From contig CM022677.1 of NCBI GenBank assembly GCA_012295275.1, forward strand, positions 17,980,001 through 18,044,000: a stretch of DNA of 64,000 nucleotides, written 5' to 3'. Within the stretch, counting starts at the first letter, position 1; each line of letters begins with the position of its first letter. The notes below the pieces were generated by a model that did no database searches, was not told where the DNA came from, and saw nothing but the letters and a program-made list of their open reading frames with translations. This document shows, one piece after another, positions 12,376-25,880 of this stretch. Position numbers and translations under genes: made by a program. This DNA is from Chrysomallon squamiferum (taxonomy: Eukaryota; Animalia; Mollusca).

Positions 12376-13865
12376 CTTTTTTGTTGTTGTTGTTGTTTAT
12401 TATCTTTATTTTTGCTGTCCACAAATAAATGCATTTCCGTAGAATCATCAGTTATAATTTGAGTAGTCAAAATTATACTAACTATCGTTTAAATTTGATC
12501 CGTTAATTCTAAAATTACTGGAAGTTTAGTGGGCTTTCCAACATTACAGTCTCAGTTTTGAGTTTGAATACTTAAAAGTTTATTTAATTAATTCGAATTT
12601 TATTTAAGTTTAATCTGTAGAGTCTAAAATTGTTTAATGCAATGTTCGAAAACAGGTGATGCACGAAAACACGTTGTCGAGTCGTAGTAAAAAAAAAAGA
12701 CACGTTTTTTCTTCCAGTGGTATTTATTAATTCAGCACAAAAACATAAAACAAAGAGAAAAACATGAAGAAAAATACGAAAGAAAAATCAACGAAAAAAA
12801 AAAAAAAAAAAAAACAATAATATCAACAATAACGATGATAAAATAATAAGGCAATGAAGTTGAAAATGCTGAATACGACGTTAGTAATAAACAAATAATA
12901 AGGTAGGCAAAATTAAATGCAAACTGATTAACAAATGAAAAGAACTTACAAAAGGTATGTAAATATAAAATACTTAATTCCTTTAAAAACAATATATATT
13001 CAAAAAAAAAAAAATAATAATAAAAAAAAAAAAAAAAAAAAAATAATAATAATAAATAATAATAATAAGAAACAATTAATAAATAAAATTAAAAAATTAA
13101 AGAATTAAAAAGTAAACTTTCCGAATAAAAAAACAACAAAAAAACACAACAACAATTAAAGACCAAAGAAGAAAAATAAATCGAAAACAGAATAAACAAA
13201 CAAATAAATAAATAAATTAAGAACTAAAGAAATTAGAATCAGAAGATGTAACAGAAATTTTGAATCAAAAGAAAAAAGAAAAAAGAAAAATGTTACTACA
13301 AACCCTCTTCTTGTAAGCTCGCTTTTGATTATCCGAAATACTTCAGACGAAGTGATTTCTTACAACCAAACTTTTGTTTTACAATGCACGCAAATAAATA
13401 ATTTAACCTTAATTAAACGAATTATTTCAGCGCGTGCTTGCAAAAATAAAATGATTTCACAAATATTCTTACATTTGAAGATTCTTGAAAAAGTATTTAT
13501 TTAAAGTAATAATTAAACACTGACATTTCCGCTGAACGAAAACTGTATTTTAAACAACGATAAATAGACTTTAGTTTCTGCACACAAAACAACAAACAAC
13601 CAATAAAAGTATAACTTATGATATTTCAGAAATTTGACTAGATCAGTAGAAAGAGACAGACAAAGATTCTGTAAAGAAATGTTGTATTTTTTTAACAACA
13701 CATTCACTATTCTTTTAAAGTACAGCTGATAGAAGTTCTAATTATGGTAAAGGAAATAACACATAACGAACACAGAAATTCGCTGTTTGTACGCGTTGAC
13801 AAGTTATTATTTTTACAACAAGTTGCCTACGATATTTTAAATCAAAACTTTCAAACAGGAAACAG

Positions 13866-14453
13866 AACAGCGGTAGAGACTCCTTCACATGCTGTAGGTA
13901 CTCGGATCAAACTGTCGTAGCAAACCCATTGATCTCATTCTCGTTCCAACCGATGTTTCGCAACTGTTGTAATAAAGGAAGTGATGTATACTACCATGTA
14001 TGTGGAATTGTGCATTAAAAAAAAAAAAAAAATTCTTGTTGCTAATCTAAAATAGCTAATTTCTCTATCCAACCATTGCTCCATAGTTGTTATAATTAAA
14101 AAAAAAAAAACGTGGTATATACTATCCTGTATGTGCACATAAAAAAAAACTATTCTTGTTGCTATTCTGTAAGAATAGTTCATTTCTCGTTCCAACCACT
14201 GCTCCACAACTGTTATTATAAAGGACGTGGTATATATTGTTAAGTGTTTTGTGTGTTACTGCTGGTAGGAGTAACCCTTCATCTCGAATAGGCGGGTTTT
14301 CTCTCTTGTTTCACGTCAGTGGTCGTTAACCCAATGTTTGGCAAACAAGTTTATACGAGAACAATTTTCAGTCTCTGTTTCCATAATTAAATTTCTATTA
14401 AATAAGCATAAGTAAAATATCCTTACAACTTCGTCAAGTAAAACATTTCCTTC
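13866..14453 (+). mobile_element. Decayed tRNA-derived SINE with a Nin/Deu-like central domain, internally triplicated
   Basis: A-box-like cagcggtagag and B-box-like ggatcaaac, then ttctcgttccaaccactgctccacaactg...aaaggacgtggtat x3, and a tail ending aaacatttccttc. The family call is from recalled consensus, not a search. Confidence 0.65.
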
Positions 14454-14566
14454 ATATGATCAAAAAAAAAAAAAAAAAAAAAAAAACGAAAAAACACAAC
14501 AGATTAAAATAAAATGAAGTTTAAAAAGAAATTAATAACAAAAAGAAAAAAAATAATTAAAAAAAT

Positions 14567-14598
<32 letters not shown>

Positions 14599-14763
14599 AT
14601 GTATTTAAACTTATTTAAACACAAATAGGCATAGAAATCAATCCAGATTCCCTTAAAGACAGACAGAAAGACATACAGACATGTACGTATGTATGTATGT
14701 TTATATGTTTATATCCATACACCCAGCACATGCAGAAAAACACACACACAAGACAGATGTATA

Positions 14764-14808
<45 letters not shown>

Positions 14809-15204
14809 AACAGATATATTACCAAATAAACAGATATATTACCAAATAAATAAGTGAGTAATAATATATATGTATATATATATATATATATAATTAGCTT
14901 ATGTAGGTAACTCGAATGCAATACTTATTAAAGTCTAGGTTTCACTAGGTACAAGAAAAAAAAACACTCTCAGATTAACGTGATAAAGTGACATAGGATA
15001 TATATTCAGAAAAAGAAGAGAAATAACTTTTTCATTAAAGAAAATAAACTCAGTAGTTTGATGTGAACAGTATGGGTAATATACTTTTGTCGATATCTTT
15101 CTCTGAGCATACACAAAGAGAACAAATAGACAAAACAAATATTTACATATTATGTGTATGTGTGTATGTGTATATATAAATAAATAAATAAATAAATAAA
15201 CACA

Positions 15205-15261
<57 letters not shown>

Positions 15262-17075
15262 TTGAAATGCCGAGACGAAAAAAAATATTATAAAGTTCAT
15301 ATATATTAACGAAAATCATATAGATTTTACTTCAAATCCAAAGATAGAAAGTTAATTTAAGAAAGAAAAAAAAAAAACTTCTTCAACTCAACATGAAAAC
15401 GATTTTTCAAACTTCGGTTCCATGATGAAATTTCGATTAAGAAAAATTTGCCAAATTAGGAAGAAAATCACAAATTATTTTCCAAAAGGAATAATTATTA
15501 TGTCTGAAAAGTAAATTATTAAAGAAAATCAAATTAGAAATAATTATGACGTCCTTCATTATGTGTTAAAGACGATATTTGTTAAAGTTGCGTAAAACAC
15601 ACAAACAAACAGACACACACTTATATTTACACATATCTTTCTTTCTGTCTGCTTGTCTTTCTCTCTCTGTATCTCTTTCTCTCTCTCTTTACACACACGC
15701 ACACACACGCACACACGCATCTATATATGAAATAGCAGTATTTGTAGTAGTACTGGTACTAGTAATACTACTACTATTGGTAGTATTTAAAATTCCATAT
15801 ACGTTTTAGTCTGATGCCTTACTTTTCGGAAAATATAAAATTATTTATTTATTTACTATCACTGTTCTATCTGTATTAATTATTTACTTTTTATTTATTA
15901 AAAACACAGTTTCCTCTGTGTACGCATTAATAAACCACTTTAATATTTACTTAATCGATAACGTAATTAGAAATGTTTTCAGCCATATTACTGTAAATGT
16001 GAATGATCGTTAAAATACGTCAATCGTCTATGAAGTTAAAAAGAAAAATAGTTTTTCACGTTAATAACATTATCTGCACTACTGAAAAATTCTGGTAGAG
16101 TAACTAACGTTGAAAAATACCACGCCCAGAAACCATGCCCAACTAAACTGAAAGACTATTTTCTAAGAGAACTTTTAATAATAAAAAGAAATAAAGAGAA
16201 AAATAGAGAAGAAAGGAAACACGAGGGAAAAATAAATCACCTGCTTGTAAAAAAAAAACAAACATTTCAGACGATTTACAAATTCAGCATGAACGTTACA
16301 ACACGGATTTTTTTTATTGCTGTTGTTATTGTTGTTTGATAAAACACTACAACTAAAACAGTTCTCTGTTACTCACAAGTTTATACAACCAGGTAAAACA
16401 GCTGCAATTTCTAAGAATTTATGTTACAAATGAAATCTTTTCTTAACAGAAGTACCAACAGAAACGATGGAAAATAAAAATAAAACAGTTCTCTGTTAAG
16501 CATCTAAAACTACTTCTCAGTTTTTGTAATAGATATATCAGAATAATATCGTTTTAACATTAAACCGGTATAAAAATTAAATTAAACAGTTGGAGTTTCT
16601 TCAAAGTGTACTGTGTTTCAGTTAAACAGGAGAGTAACATTTCTACTCTGGATAATTACATTTTTAACTGCAAGCGTGTTGCCTTGCTTGTCTGGACAAG
16701 AACGCCAATAAGACACAAATTAATGAGATTACACGTGCTCTTTTGTGTCAAGCGTTTCCCATCTGATTCTTTGTCCTCTGTACGTGTGTTTCTAGTTTGA
16801 TCGATAGACACTGATACATACAGACATACGTACTCAAACACACTTGCATACCTGCATAAATACAGGTACATACACTTACACACACACACACACACACATA
16901 CACAGACATATATATTTCTTTATGTGCATATGTACATATGTATGGTGTATATGTATGTATATTATATGTATATGTTTAAGAATACATACATGTACAAACA
17001 TAAAAATAAACACATACACACATCTATATCTATATATCTAAATCTATATCTATATCTATATCTACTTATATCTAC

Positions 17076-17200
<125 letters not shown>

Positions 17201-17657
17201 CATATATATCGACCTCACATACATATAAATAGACAAATTGAAAAGGAAAGAAAAATGTTTCATTTATTCTCTATAGCATTCTTTAATTACAGCTGATTTT
17301 AACAATAGCCTTAAAACCAGTCCATGTCAGTATTTATTTTTGTTTTATTTTGAAAAATTTTCATTTATTTTTATGGCAATGAAAATTTGCGATAATTGAG
17401 TATTTGTGAACAATTTGAAACAGCCGGAATATACATAGAAATGAAATTCAATTTACTAGAGAAAGGGAGATAAATAGTTTTTTCCCTAACACAGGATCCG
17501 AACTTGGTTAGTGTCGTATTGTTGAAAATATAATTATTTCCCTTTATTTCGAATGACCCAAAAGAGAATGATACACACCTACACACCTACACACACTCAT
17601 AAGCAAAGATACACTTATACATACATAATTATATCATAATTTATTTACATATGATGC

Positions 17658-17698
<41 letters not shown>

Positions 17699-19780
17699 AT
17701 CATAATTCGATTTTTTTTTTATTTTGTTGATGATAGTTTGCAGTGAATAGTTTTTTCTTATTTCGTTTTAAAACGTATGTTTCTGTCTAATCGTTAAAAC
17801 AAAAATCAATAAAATTCTTACTTAAAAATCATTATTTCTCTATTCTGCCTCATTTTAATTTGTTCCGTGTACATTCCCCCCACCCCCGTAAGCACCAACG
17901 GAAGCAGTTGTTTGATCGAAACTGTACAGATGTCGTCTGATAATGTCTGACAATATCTCACATCTTTTGAAACGATGATTTTATTTTTACAGATAAAATT
18001 AACAGTCAGAATAAAAAAAAAAAAAAATAATAATAAAAAAAAATAAATAAATATAGAGAGCATGGAATGTAGCCCCGAATCTAAGAATGTATCAATTTCG
18101 GGTATATTTTATTTTAATTTTTAGTTTTTGTTTCTTTCATAATCTACGCTGTAGTAAAAAAAAAAAAAAAAATTGAAGATTTTCTAACACTAATAAACGC
18201 CGAAGCTTTTAAAATTTAAAACTGTTGGGACTGAAAATCGTAGGAATGTTTGAAACAGTGAAAAGTAACTATTAACATGATTAAAGTGAATATTTTTCAG
18301 TATTCATTAATAAAGATAAATAAAACAGAAAACTTGTTTACCTCATTTTGTCACCGTCTACATTTTTTTTATTTTTTTTTTTTGTTTTTAATGATTGCAC
18401 TGAATGACGTCATATAATCCCAATATTCCAAAACTACCGGAAGACAACTTGTTTCAAATAACAATCTAGCAAAAGGTGATCGTTTATATAATTCATTAAT
18501 TAATTCACTTAATAGCTACTACTAATAGCATTATTAGCAGTAATAGTAGAGCGAATGGTTACTGAAGGTTAAATGTTTAGAAAATTTATTTTGTAGACGA
18601 TAGAAATCGATCGATCAAAGGTTGGTTTTAAAATATATATGGAGAAGGTACTTTGCATGGAAGAAAATATGACGTCAAATTATCTTGCAACACTCATAGG
18701 ATGTCACAAACGATTTAAGTTTTCAATTATATTTTTCTTCATCTATTTATTTATTTTTATTTTTTTATTTCTTTATATATATATATTTTTATTATTAATA
18801 TGTTTTTTTGGTATCTCAATTTCATCTTGCTATAACTGTTAAAAAATATTCATCTCCCATTTCAGGCAAAAGGTATGACGTCATAAATCTAATATTTAGG
18901 AAATTCTTTTTTCATTTGAATTGTTCTTATATTTATAAATAAAAAAATAAATAAATGTTTTACATAATATATTTGGTATAGTGATTTTCTGGGAAGGTTT
19001 ATTTATTTATTTATTTATTTATTTAATGTATTTTGTTGAATATTTTCAAGTATCTGACTCGAGATCACGTTTTAGTGTTACTTTAATGAACTTTGGTCAC
19101 TTTTTTCAACTGATATACATTTTTCATGAGTTTGATACAGACGATACACTGATGATTATATTATACTTGGCTTCGCTATGAGTAGTCAATACTTCGTATT
19201 TTCTGTTCGGAGTTATTTCCCTTATGCAATCCATGTGTCAAAAAATTGAAGTATTTTCTATGAAAACTTTTATTTTTATTTTTGTTCTGAATTTTCTTTT
19301 CTCTGTATTTTCTTCTTTTTCTTATTGCCTTTTATTCTTATTCTCACCTGTTGTTGAGTTTTAATAAACAATCAAAGCCGTTGAACCGTCACAGTTGAGT
19401 TTTATCAGAATCAGTGAACTGTATCGTACTGACGATGATCGACAAAAATATTTTGTTTGACGAACACACACAATTATACACGTTTGTCACGTGACTTTAT
19501 TAAAATGTTCATACTATGAAAATGATCTAAATACAGTGGAAACAAATATTACATCATTTTTTCAAATTGACGTCACACTAGTTAAATCATATAATAAATA
19601 ATGAGGAAAAAAAAAAAATAATAATAATCTAAAATGAAATCCTGAAGCAGTATTTTTGAAGCTGTATATGAAATATAAATATAGTTCGTATTATGATTTA
19701 GTTCTCATTTATTAGTAGTAGTACAACAGCAACGACAAAAACAACAACAGCTACTACTACTACTTCTACTGCTACTACTG

Positions 19781-19873
<93 letters not shown>

Positions 19874-19897
19874 GTAATAGTAATAATAATAATAATA

Positions 19898-19932
<35 letters not shown>

Positions 19933-20165
19933 AATATTCATCCCAAGTTCCTCCACAGTATACATTTTTATTTCGCTCCGAAAGATATACATATCATTAC
20001 ATACACACACACACACACACATATATATAGATACATACATGTTTTACTACATAAATTAATATATGTGCAGTGCAAGAGAAGACTGACACAGACACACACC
20101 CACAGTTCAGTCAGCTGTGACGCATTGTTAATTTACTGTGTAAATCTACCAGTAAAATATATATG

Positions 20166-20246
<81 letters not shown>

Positions 20247-20786
20247 AATATTCATTCTAAAGGTATCATCTATATACAATCACACAATAATACATCGACT
20301 TTTTGAATTCACGTAATTACTGACGTCACACTAACTAAATAGATGTGATGAATGTTTATGCTACATGACCCAGTTATTCTTGAATGTTGATGCAAGTCAC
20401 AAGATCGTATTTTCGTTGAAACCGCTACAGTTAAACGTTGATCGGTAGGACCAGCTATAGTTGAGTGTTGATGTCATAAAAATGTCATGTCGCAAAACGT
20501 TAATCATTAGATCCGATTGTCGTTGAATAATGATCGTCAGGACCAAGTATCGTTGAATATCGATGTCAGAAGAAGGAACTGTCGTGGACTGTTCGTATCA
20601 TAAGAATCAGTTATTTTTTAATGTTGATAGTTCGGAGCAGTTATCGTCGAATGTTGACGTTACAGAGAGCAGGTACAGTTAAATATTGATCGTTAGGACT
20701 AATAATCGTTTGATATTCCTGGCCCAGGAATCGTCGTTGAACGTTGATGTCAGTAAACTATCAGTTGTTCCTTCCAAATCTTGCAC

Positions 20787-21530
20787 AGTGTTGATGGTGT
20801 TGAGTCGATATGACGTAAGAGTTATTGGTGTTTAGAAGTATATGACATAGAGCTATTGGTGTTGAGTAGATATGACGTAGAGTTATTGGTGTGTAGAAGT
20901 ATATGACGTAGTGTTATTGGTATTGAGTCGATATGACGTAGAGTTATTGGTGTTGAGAAGCATGTGACGTAGAGATATTGGTGTTGAGAAGTACGTGACG
21001 TAGAGTTATTGGTGTTGAGAAGTACGACGTAGAGTTATTGGTGTTGAGAAGTACGTGACGTAGAGTTATTGGTGTTGAGAAGTATATGACGTAGTGTTAT
21101 TGGTATTGAGTCGATATGACGTAGAGTTATTGGTGTTGAGAAGCATGTGACGTAGAGATATTGGTGTTGAGAAGTACGTGACGTAGAGTTATTGGTGTTG
21201 AGAAGTACGTGACGTAGAGTTATTGGTGTTGAGAAGTACGTGACGTAGAGTTATTGGTGTTGAGAAGTATATGACGTAGTGTTATTGGTATTGAGTCGAT
21301 ATGACGTAGAGTTATTGGTGTTGAGAAGCATGTGACGTAGAGATATTGGTGTTGAGAAGTACGTGACGTAGAGTTATTGGTGTTGAGAAGTACGACGTAG
21401 AGTTATTGGTGTTGAAAGTACGTGACGTAGAGTTATTGGTGTTGAGAAGTATATGACGTAGTGTTATTGGTATTGAGTCGATATGACGTAGAGTTATTGG
21501 TGCTGAGAAGTATATGACGTAGGTTATTGA
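20787..21530. repeat. 30-31-bp minisatellite (~24 units) with a hexameric higher-order repeat
   Basis: Unit gagttattggtgttgagaagtacgtgacgta. The variant gtgttattggtattgagtcgat recurs at 20911, 21094, 21279 and 21461. Confidence 0.93.
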
Positions 21531-21918
21531 TGTTGATCGATCGTTGAAACGAAACTGATAATTCTAACGTTGAATCCGAACTTACTAACTGATCTTGCTA
21601 TTCCACTGCTGTGTTAGCACTTCCGAATTACTGATGTGAGGCGTAGTAATCAACAGTTCTAGCGTTTTGCACTGGAGACTGTTCTGTATCGGTGAACTGC
21701 TCAAGTCATATAAGCTTATAAGTTATTTATATCACATCTATTGATCACTAATCTAGCGTTTTCACTGCCCCATCTCGTAACGTTAAAGTTCTTAAACCAG
21801 ATACGCTGCTAATGCTGTAGATTTTCTGACATTAATTGCTGAATTATTGATATCAGATTTACGAATCACTGATATAATTTTTCACTGGACTGTCTATTAC
21901 ACACAGGTTAATTTCTGA

Positions 21919-22197
21919 TTGATTCATGTTAAATGTTCAATTATAGATGTTAAATGTCGAATTATTGATGTTAAATGTGAATTATTGATGTTAGTTTTTG
22001 AATTATTGATATTAGATATTGAATTATTGAAGTCCGGTGTTGGACTAGTGATGTTAGGTGATGAATTATTGGTGTTAGATGTTGAATTGTTGATGTTAAA
22101 TGTTGAATTATTGATGTTAGATGAGAAATTATTGGTGTTAGGTCTTGGACTATTGTTGAATGTTGATTTTTGATGTTACATATTGAATTATTGATAT
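21919..22197. repeat. 21-bp minisatellite abutting the GPCR-2 stop
   Basis: Same unit as 365-582. Confidence 0.85.
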
Positions 22198-23363
22198 TTA
22201 GTTGAAACTGTTGAAAGCTTTATGGCCTGGTTATCAGCTCCTGACTCTGGCGCTGTACATGAAATATCAGTTGCTGTTGTCCTTGTAGATGAAATATCAG
22301 TAGGTGCTGTCGGTGTACGTGAAATATTAGGTGCTGGTGCTGTTTGTGGAGGAATTTCTGCTGATTTGCAAGACGGCAGTTTGTTTTTGATGATGCGTCG
22401 ATAGTTTTGCGAGCTCGATATCAAAATGTAGAAGTTTTGTCCAAAGTTTAACAAATAAATTGCGGTGCAGAAAGGTCGAATGTTCCACAGTGTCAACATA
22501 ATGGCAACCTTCTCGGTACTGTATCTCTGCACAAGTGATCCAATGCAGTCTAACACCGAAACTGGTAACAAGGTGAGGAAAGCAAGAAAGGAAAGAAGAA
22601 CCAGAGGTCGCGTAGCACTGTCTGTGCCCTGATTGGTCGAAGTTGACCCCGACCTTGAGAACGTCTTCCGGAAAGCGTTGCTGCGGCTGATTTTAACGAC
22701 AATGAAAACGGTGAGCGTGAGAATGATAAGACAGGGCAGAGTCGAAGAAAACAGAAGTCGAAAGAAAAGTGAGTAATTGTCTATCCGATTATAGACCTCC
22801 TTGTCGAGTTGTGGTTCGGCAGTGAAGACGTAGATCGGGGTAACCATCGCCAGAGAAGACACGAAGATACTGAAGCAGACGACGAAAGCTTTCATCCGGG
22901 TACAGAGTTTGTCGCGTGACAGAGGGAAGCAGATGCAGACGTAGCGGTCCAACGTGAGCCCGACAACGAGCCACGGAGACAACATCGTCACAAGAAGGCG
23001 AATCATTAGAATTAAATTAAAGAAAGACAAAACGATCGGTGAAGTATCGGGTCTCACAAAGAGCTGCTGTGCTTCGCCGATCACGACTGCTACCAGCATC
23101 ACAGAGTCCGAGAAAGAAAGAAACTTCAAGTAAACTGAGTACGAGAGACATGAAAGTTTCGAATCGGACATCATGACGAACTGAAGGACGTTTCCAATGA
23201 AACCTGCCACGGCGATGAATAACAGGACACTCCAGTAAACGCGACCGAGAACTCCGTTGGAAAGCCATTCTGGGGCAGGAACGAAGTAAGCGTCACTGTT
23301 GTCGTAATATTGATCTTCACTCGATTCGTTGTTGTAATATTGCTCTTCAGTCGAGTTCGCCAT
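22188..23363 (-). CDS. Class A GPCR, close paralog of GPCR-1 (GPCR-2), 391 aa
   Basis: TM segments are nearly identical to GPCR-1. Start MANSTEE (AAAATGG). The same tttgcag|gtgttacc acceptor lies at 23389-23390, and homology to GPCR-1 stops just upstream of it. Confidence 0.93.
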   Translation of the reverse strand: MANSTEEQYYNNESSEDQYYDNSDAYFVPAPEWLSNGVLGRVYWSVLLFIAVAGFIGNVLQFVMMSDSKLSCLSYSVYLKFLSFSDSVMLVAVVIGEAQQLFVRPDTSPIVLSFFNLILMIRLLVTMLSPWLVVGLTLDRYVCICFPLSRDKLCTRMKAFVVCFSIFVSSLAMVTPIYVFTAEPQLDKEVYNRIDNYSLFFRLLFSSTLPCLIILTLTVFIVVKISRSNAFRKTFSRSGSTSTNQGTDSATRPLVLLSFLAFLTLLPVSVLDCIGSLVQRYSTEKVAIMLTLWNIRPFCTAIYLLNFGQNFYILISSSQNYRRIIKNKLPSCKSAEIPPQTAPAPNISRTPTAPTDISSTRTTATDISCTAPESGADNQAIKLSTVSTKYQ

Positions 23364-23862
23364 TTTGAATCTCCAATTCTGGTAACACCTGCAAACAGAA
23401 TATAACGGAAACAACTAGTTATCGGAAATATGTAATATATTGAAAATTAATGTTAAATATAAACTTTGATTGGAGTTTTTAATTTTATTATAAATAGTTA
23501 CCAACTGTACACTGATGTTTAAAAAGTAAGCATGCGTCATGAACGTCGTCATCATCACAATCTACTGTAACGATTTCTTATAATGTGTATATCCAGATAT
23601 TTATTGTTATCAGTTACAACAATAATACTTCCCTCGAATTTAAATATAAAATTCCGGAGTTTCCTTCCTTTCTGAAAATCATTATTTTTGTTTTTATTTA
23701 TATTGATGTTAAGCCTCCGTAAACGGCAAAAAATGCTAAGATTAAGTTGTAAAGTATCCGGTGATTACACTTGCAGTCTGTTATCGTAAACATATGGTAG
23801 AAAAAAACAACAACCTATAAATAAACATTAATTATTCTTCAAAGGATATTGTAATTGATTCT

Positions 23863-23945
<83 letters not shown>

Positions 23946-24199
23946 ATTAACTTACACCATAGCTCTTTTACATTTGTTCACTAACGTAAGTAAACAGCGC
24001 AAAGAAAATATATGGTCTGTCTATATCGAATTCTTTTTTTCATCTAGAATTAAATTACTGATGCAAATGTAGCTAAACAGGTTAATACTGTGATAGGTCT
24101 ACATTTCTCAGCGTCATTACTTTCAGCCTTTATTTTTATTATGTTCGTTTTAGGAAACTCATTAAGAAGCTAGATGGTGTAATTACTGCGCGAAGAACA

Positions 24200-25140
24200 A
24201 CATTAAACAATACTACATACATAGATAGCATAATGTATACAGTGTACTTAATATTAAAGTATGTTTCTGTGGGTTCTGTTCTTTGTTCTAGCGAAAAATT
24301 CTGGTTCAGAATAAAACATTAGCGCATTCTTGACTTTGGGTCTTTGAGTCTGTAATTCTTCGACTGGTGTCACGTGATCCGGTGCAGTTCCATCGCAGTT
24401 AAGATATATATATTATATATTATATTATATAAATTATTTTGGTCTTTTCTTGTTTTTTGTTTTTTTATCGGAATTTAGAAGAGAGGAAGGAAGGAAATGT
24501 TTTATTTAGCGATGCGCTCAGGATATTTTATTTACGATTTGATTTAACAGGGTCAACATTGCCATTAAGATATATATATCTATATATTTATGTATGTATG
24601 TATGTATGTATGTATATATATATATATATATCAAACAGAGATCAATTAAGACATCTTCTTCTAACCGTCTCTGCATATTTCTGCGATCAGACATAATTTC
24701 ATCAATAAATGCTATTAGCAGTATTTAAAAAAAAAAAAACCCATTAAACAATAGTATATACATAGATAGCATAATGTATACTTAATATATTCATTAATAA
24801 GAAAGTATTCTTATGTATATGTCTATGTAGGTGGTTTTTTATATTTTATTTTTTTTATTTAATTATTTATTCTATAAATTATGTGGGTTTTTTTAATTAT
24901 TATTATTATTTTTTTAATCGGAATGCAAAAGAGAGGAACGAAGAAAATGTCTTATTTAGCGATTCGCTCGGAATATTTTATTTACGATTTGATTTAACAG
25001 GGTCAACATTGCCATTAATATATATATATATATATGTATATCAGGTAGAGATCAATTAAGACATCTTTTTCTAACCGTTTCTGCATATTGCTTACGATCA
25101 TAATTTCATCAATAAATGCTATTAGGAGTATTTAAAAAAA
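24200..25140. repeat. Local tandem duplication (~450-540 bp) specific to unit 2
   Basis: cattaaacaata...catacatagatagcataatgtatac at 24201 and 24742, and the gagaggaa block at 24481 and 24931. Unit 1 has a single copy (8258-8620). Confidence 0.8.
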
Positions 25141-25453
25141 AAAAAAAAAAAAGGTTTTGACGGTCCTTGTTTATTGCTGTTCAGAATTAACCAGTATTCT
25201 ATGAAGTTTTTAGCATTTTAATTTAGCGTTTAATAGATGTTCTTTACAGCGTTTGTTTATACTTATTTTCTTTGTTCTTCAAGTAGAGTTTGACACGAAA
25301 TCCGCCATATTGTTTATGTCTTCGTTTATTGAAGTATTTTTTAAAATTATTTTTTTATGATCGTAAGAACAGCGAAATAACTGATTTATTTATAGCTGGC
25401 GACCATACTTTATTAATAATGAAGTTAAAAGAATAAAAGAAGAATTATGTTGA

Positions 25454-25498
<45 letters not shown>

Positions 25499-25814
25499 AA
25501 CAAGCGGAAATGTTTATGAAAGTACATATGTTTTTTTATGCTCGGTAAAAATGACATTTGTTTATAACTAGTGACGGTACTTTACTAATAATGAAGTACA
25601 ACAATAAAATATGAATATTTATGTTTAAAGAAAAAAAAGAGTTACTTTGCACATTTTAGTCCGCTGACAAAAAAACGTTTTATTTATTTATATTTGGCGA
25701 CTATTCTTTACTACTAATAAAGTATAACAATAAAATAAGAAGTCTTGGAGCGTACATTATTTTTTTTATCCTTTATATCGTTCTTTGTGTTTCCCACGTA
25801 CGTAAGTGCAAACC

Positions 25815-25880
25815 AGCTGCAGGTTACCTTGGTGACAACGCCCTCTAGCGGGCTTGTGATCGCCAACAGGGGGCGCTGAG
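25815..25880. promoter_or_regulatory. RFX X-box plus divergent pair of CTCF-like motifs (unit 2)
   Basis: GTTACCTTGGTGAC at 25823-25836, minus-strand CCGCTAGAGGGCG at ~25839-25851 and plus-strand GCCAACAGGGGGCGCTG at 25862-25878. Confidence 0.55.

Noticed and set aside
20787-21530. CRISPR-like array of ~31-bp repeats
   Set aside because: Units are head-to-tail with no unique spacers, the context is eukaryotic, and there are no cas genes.
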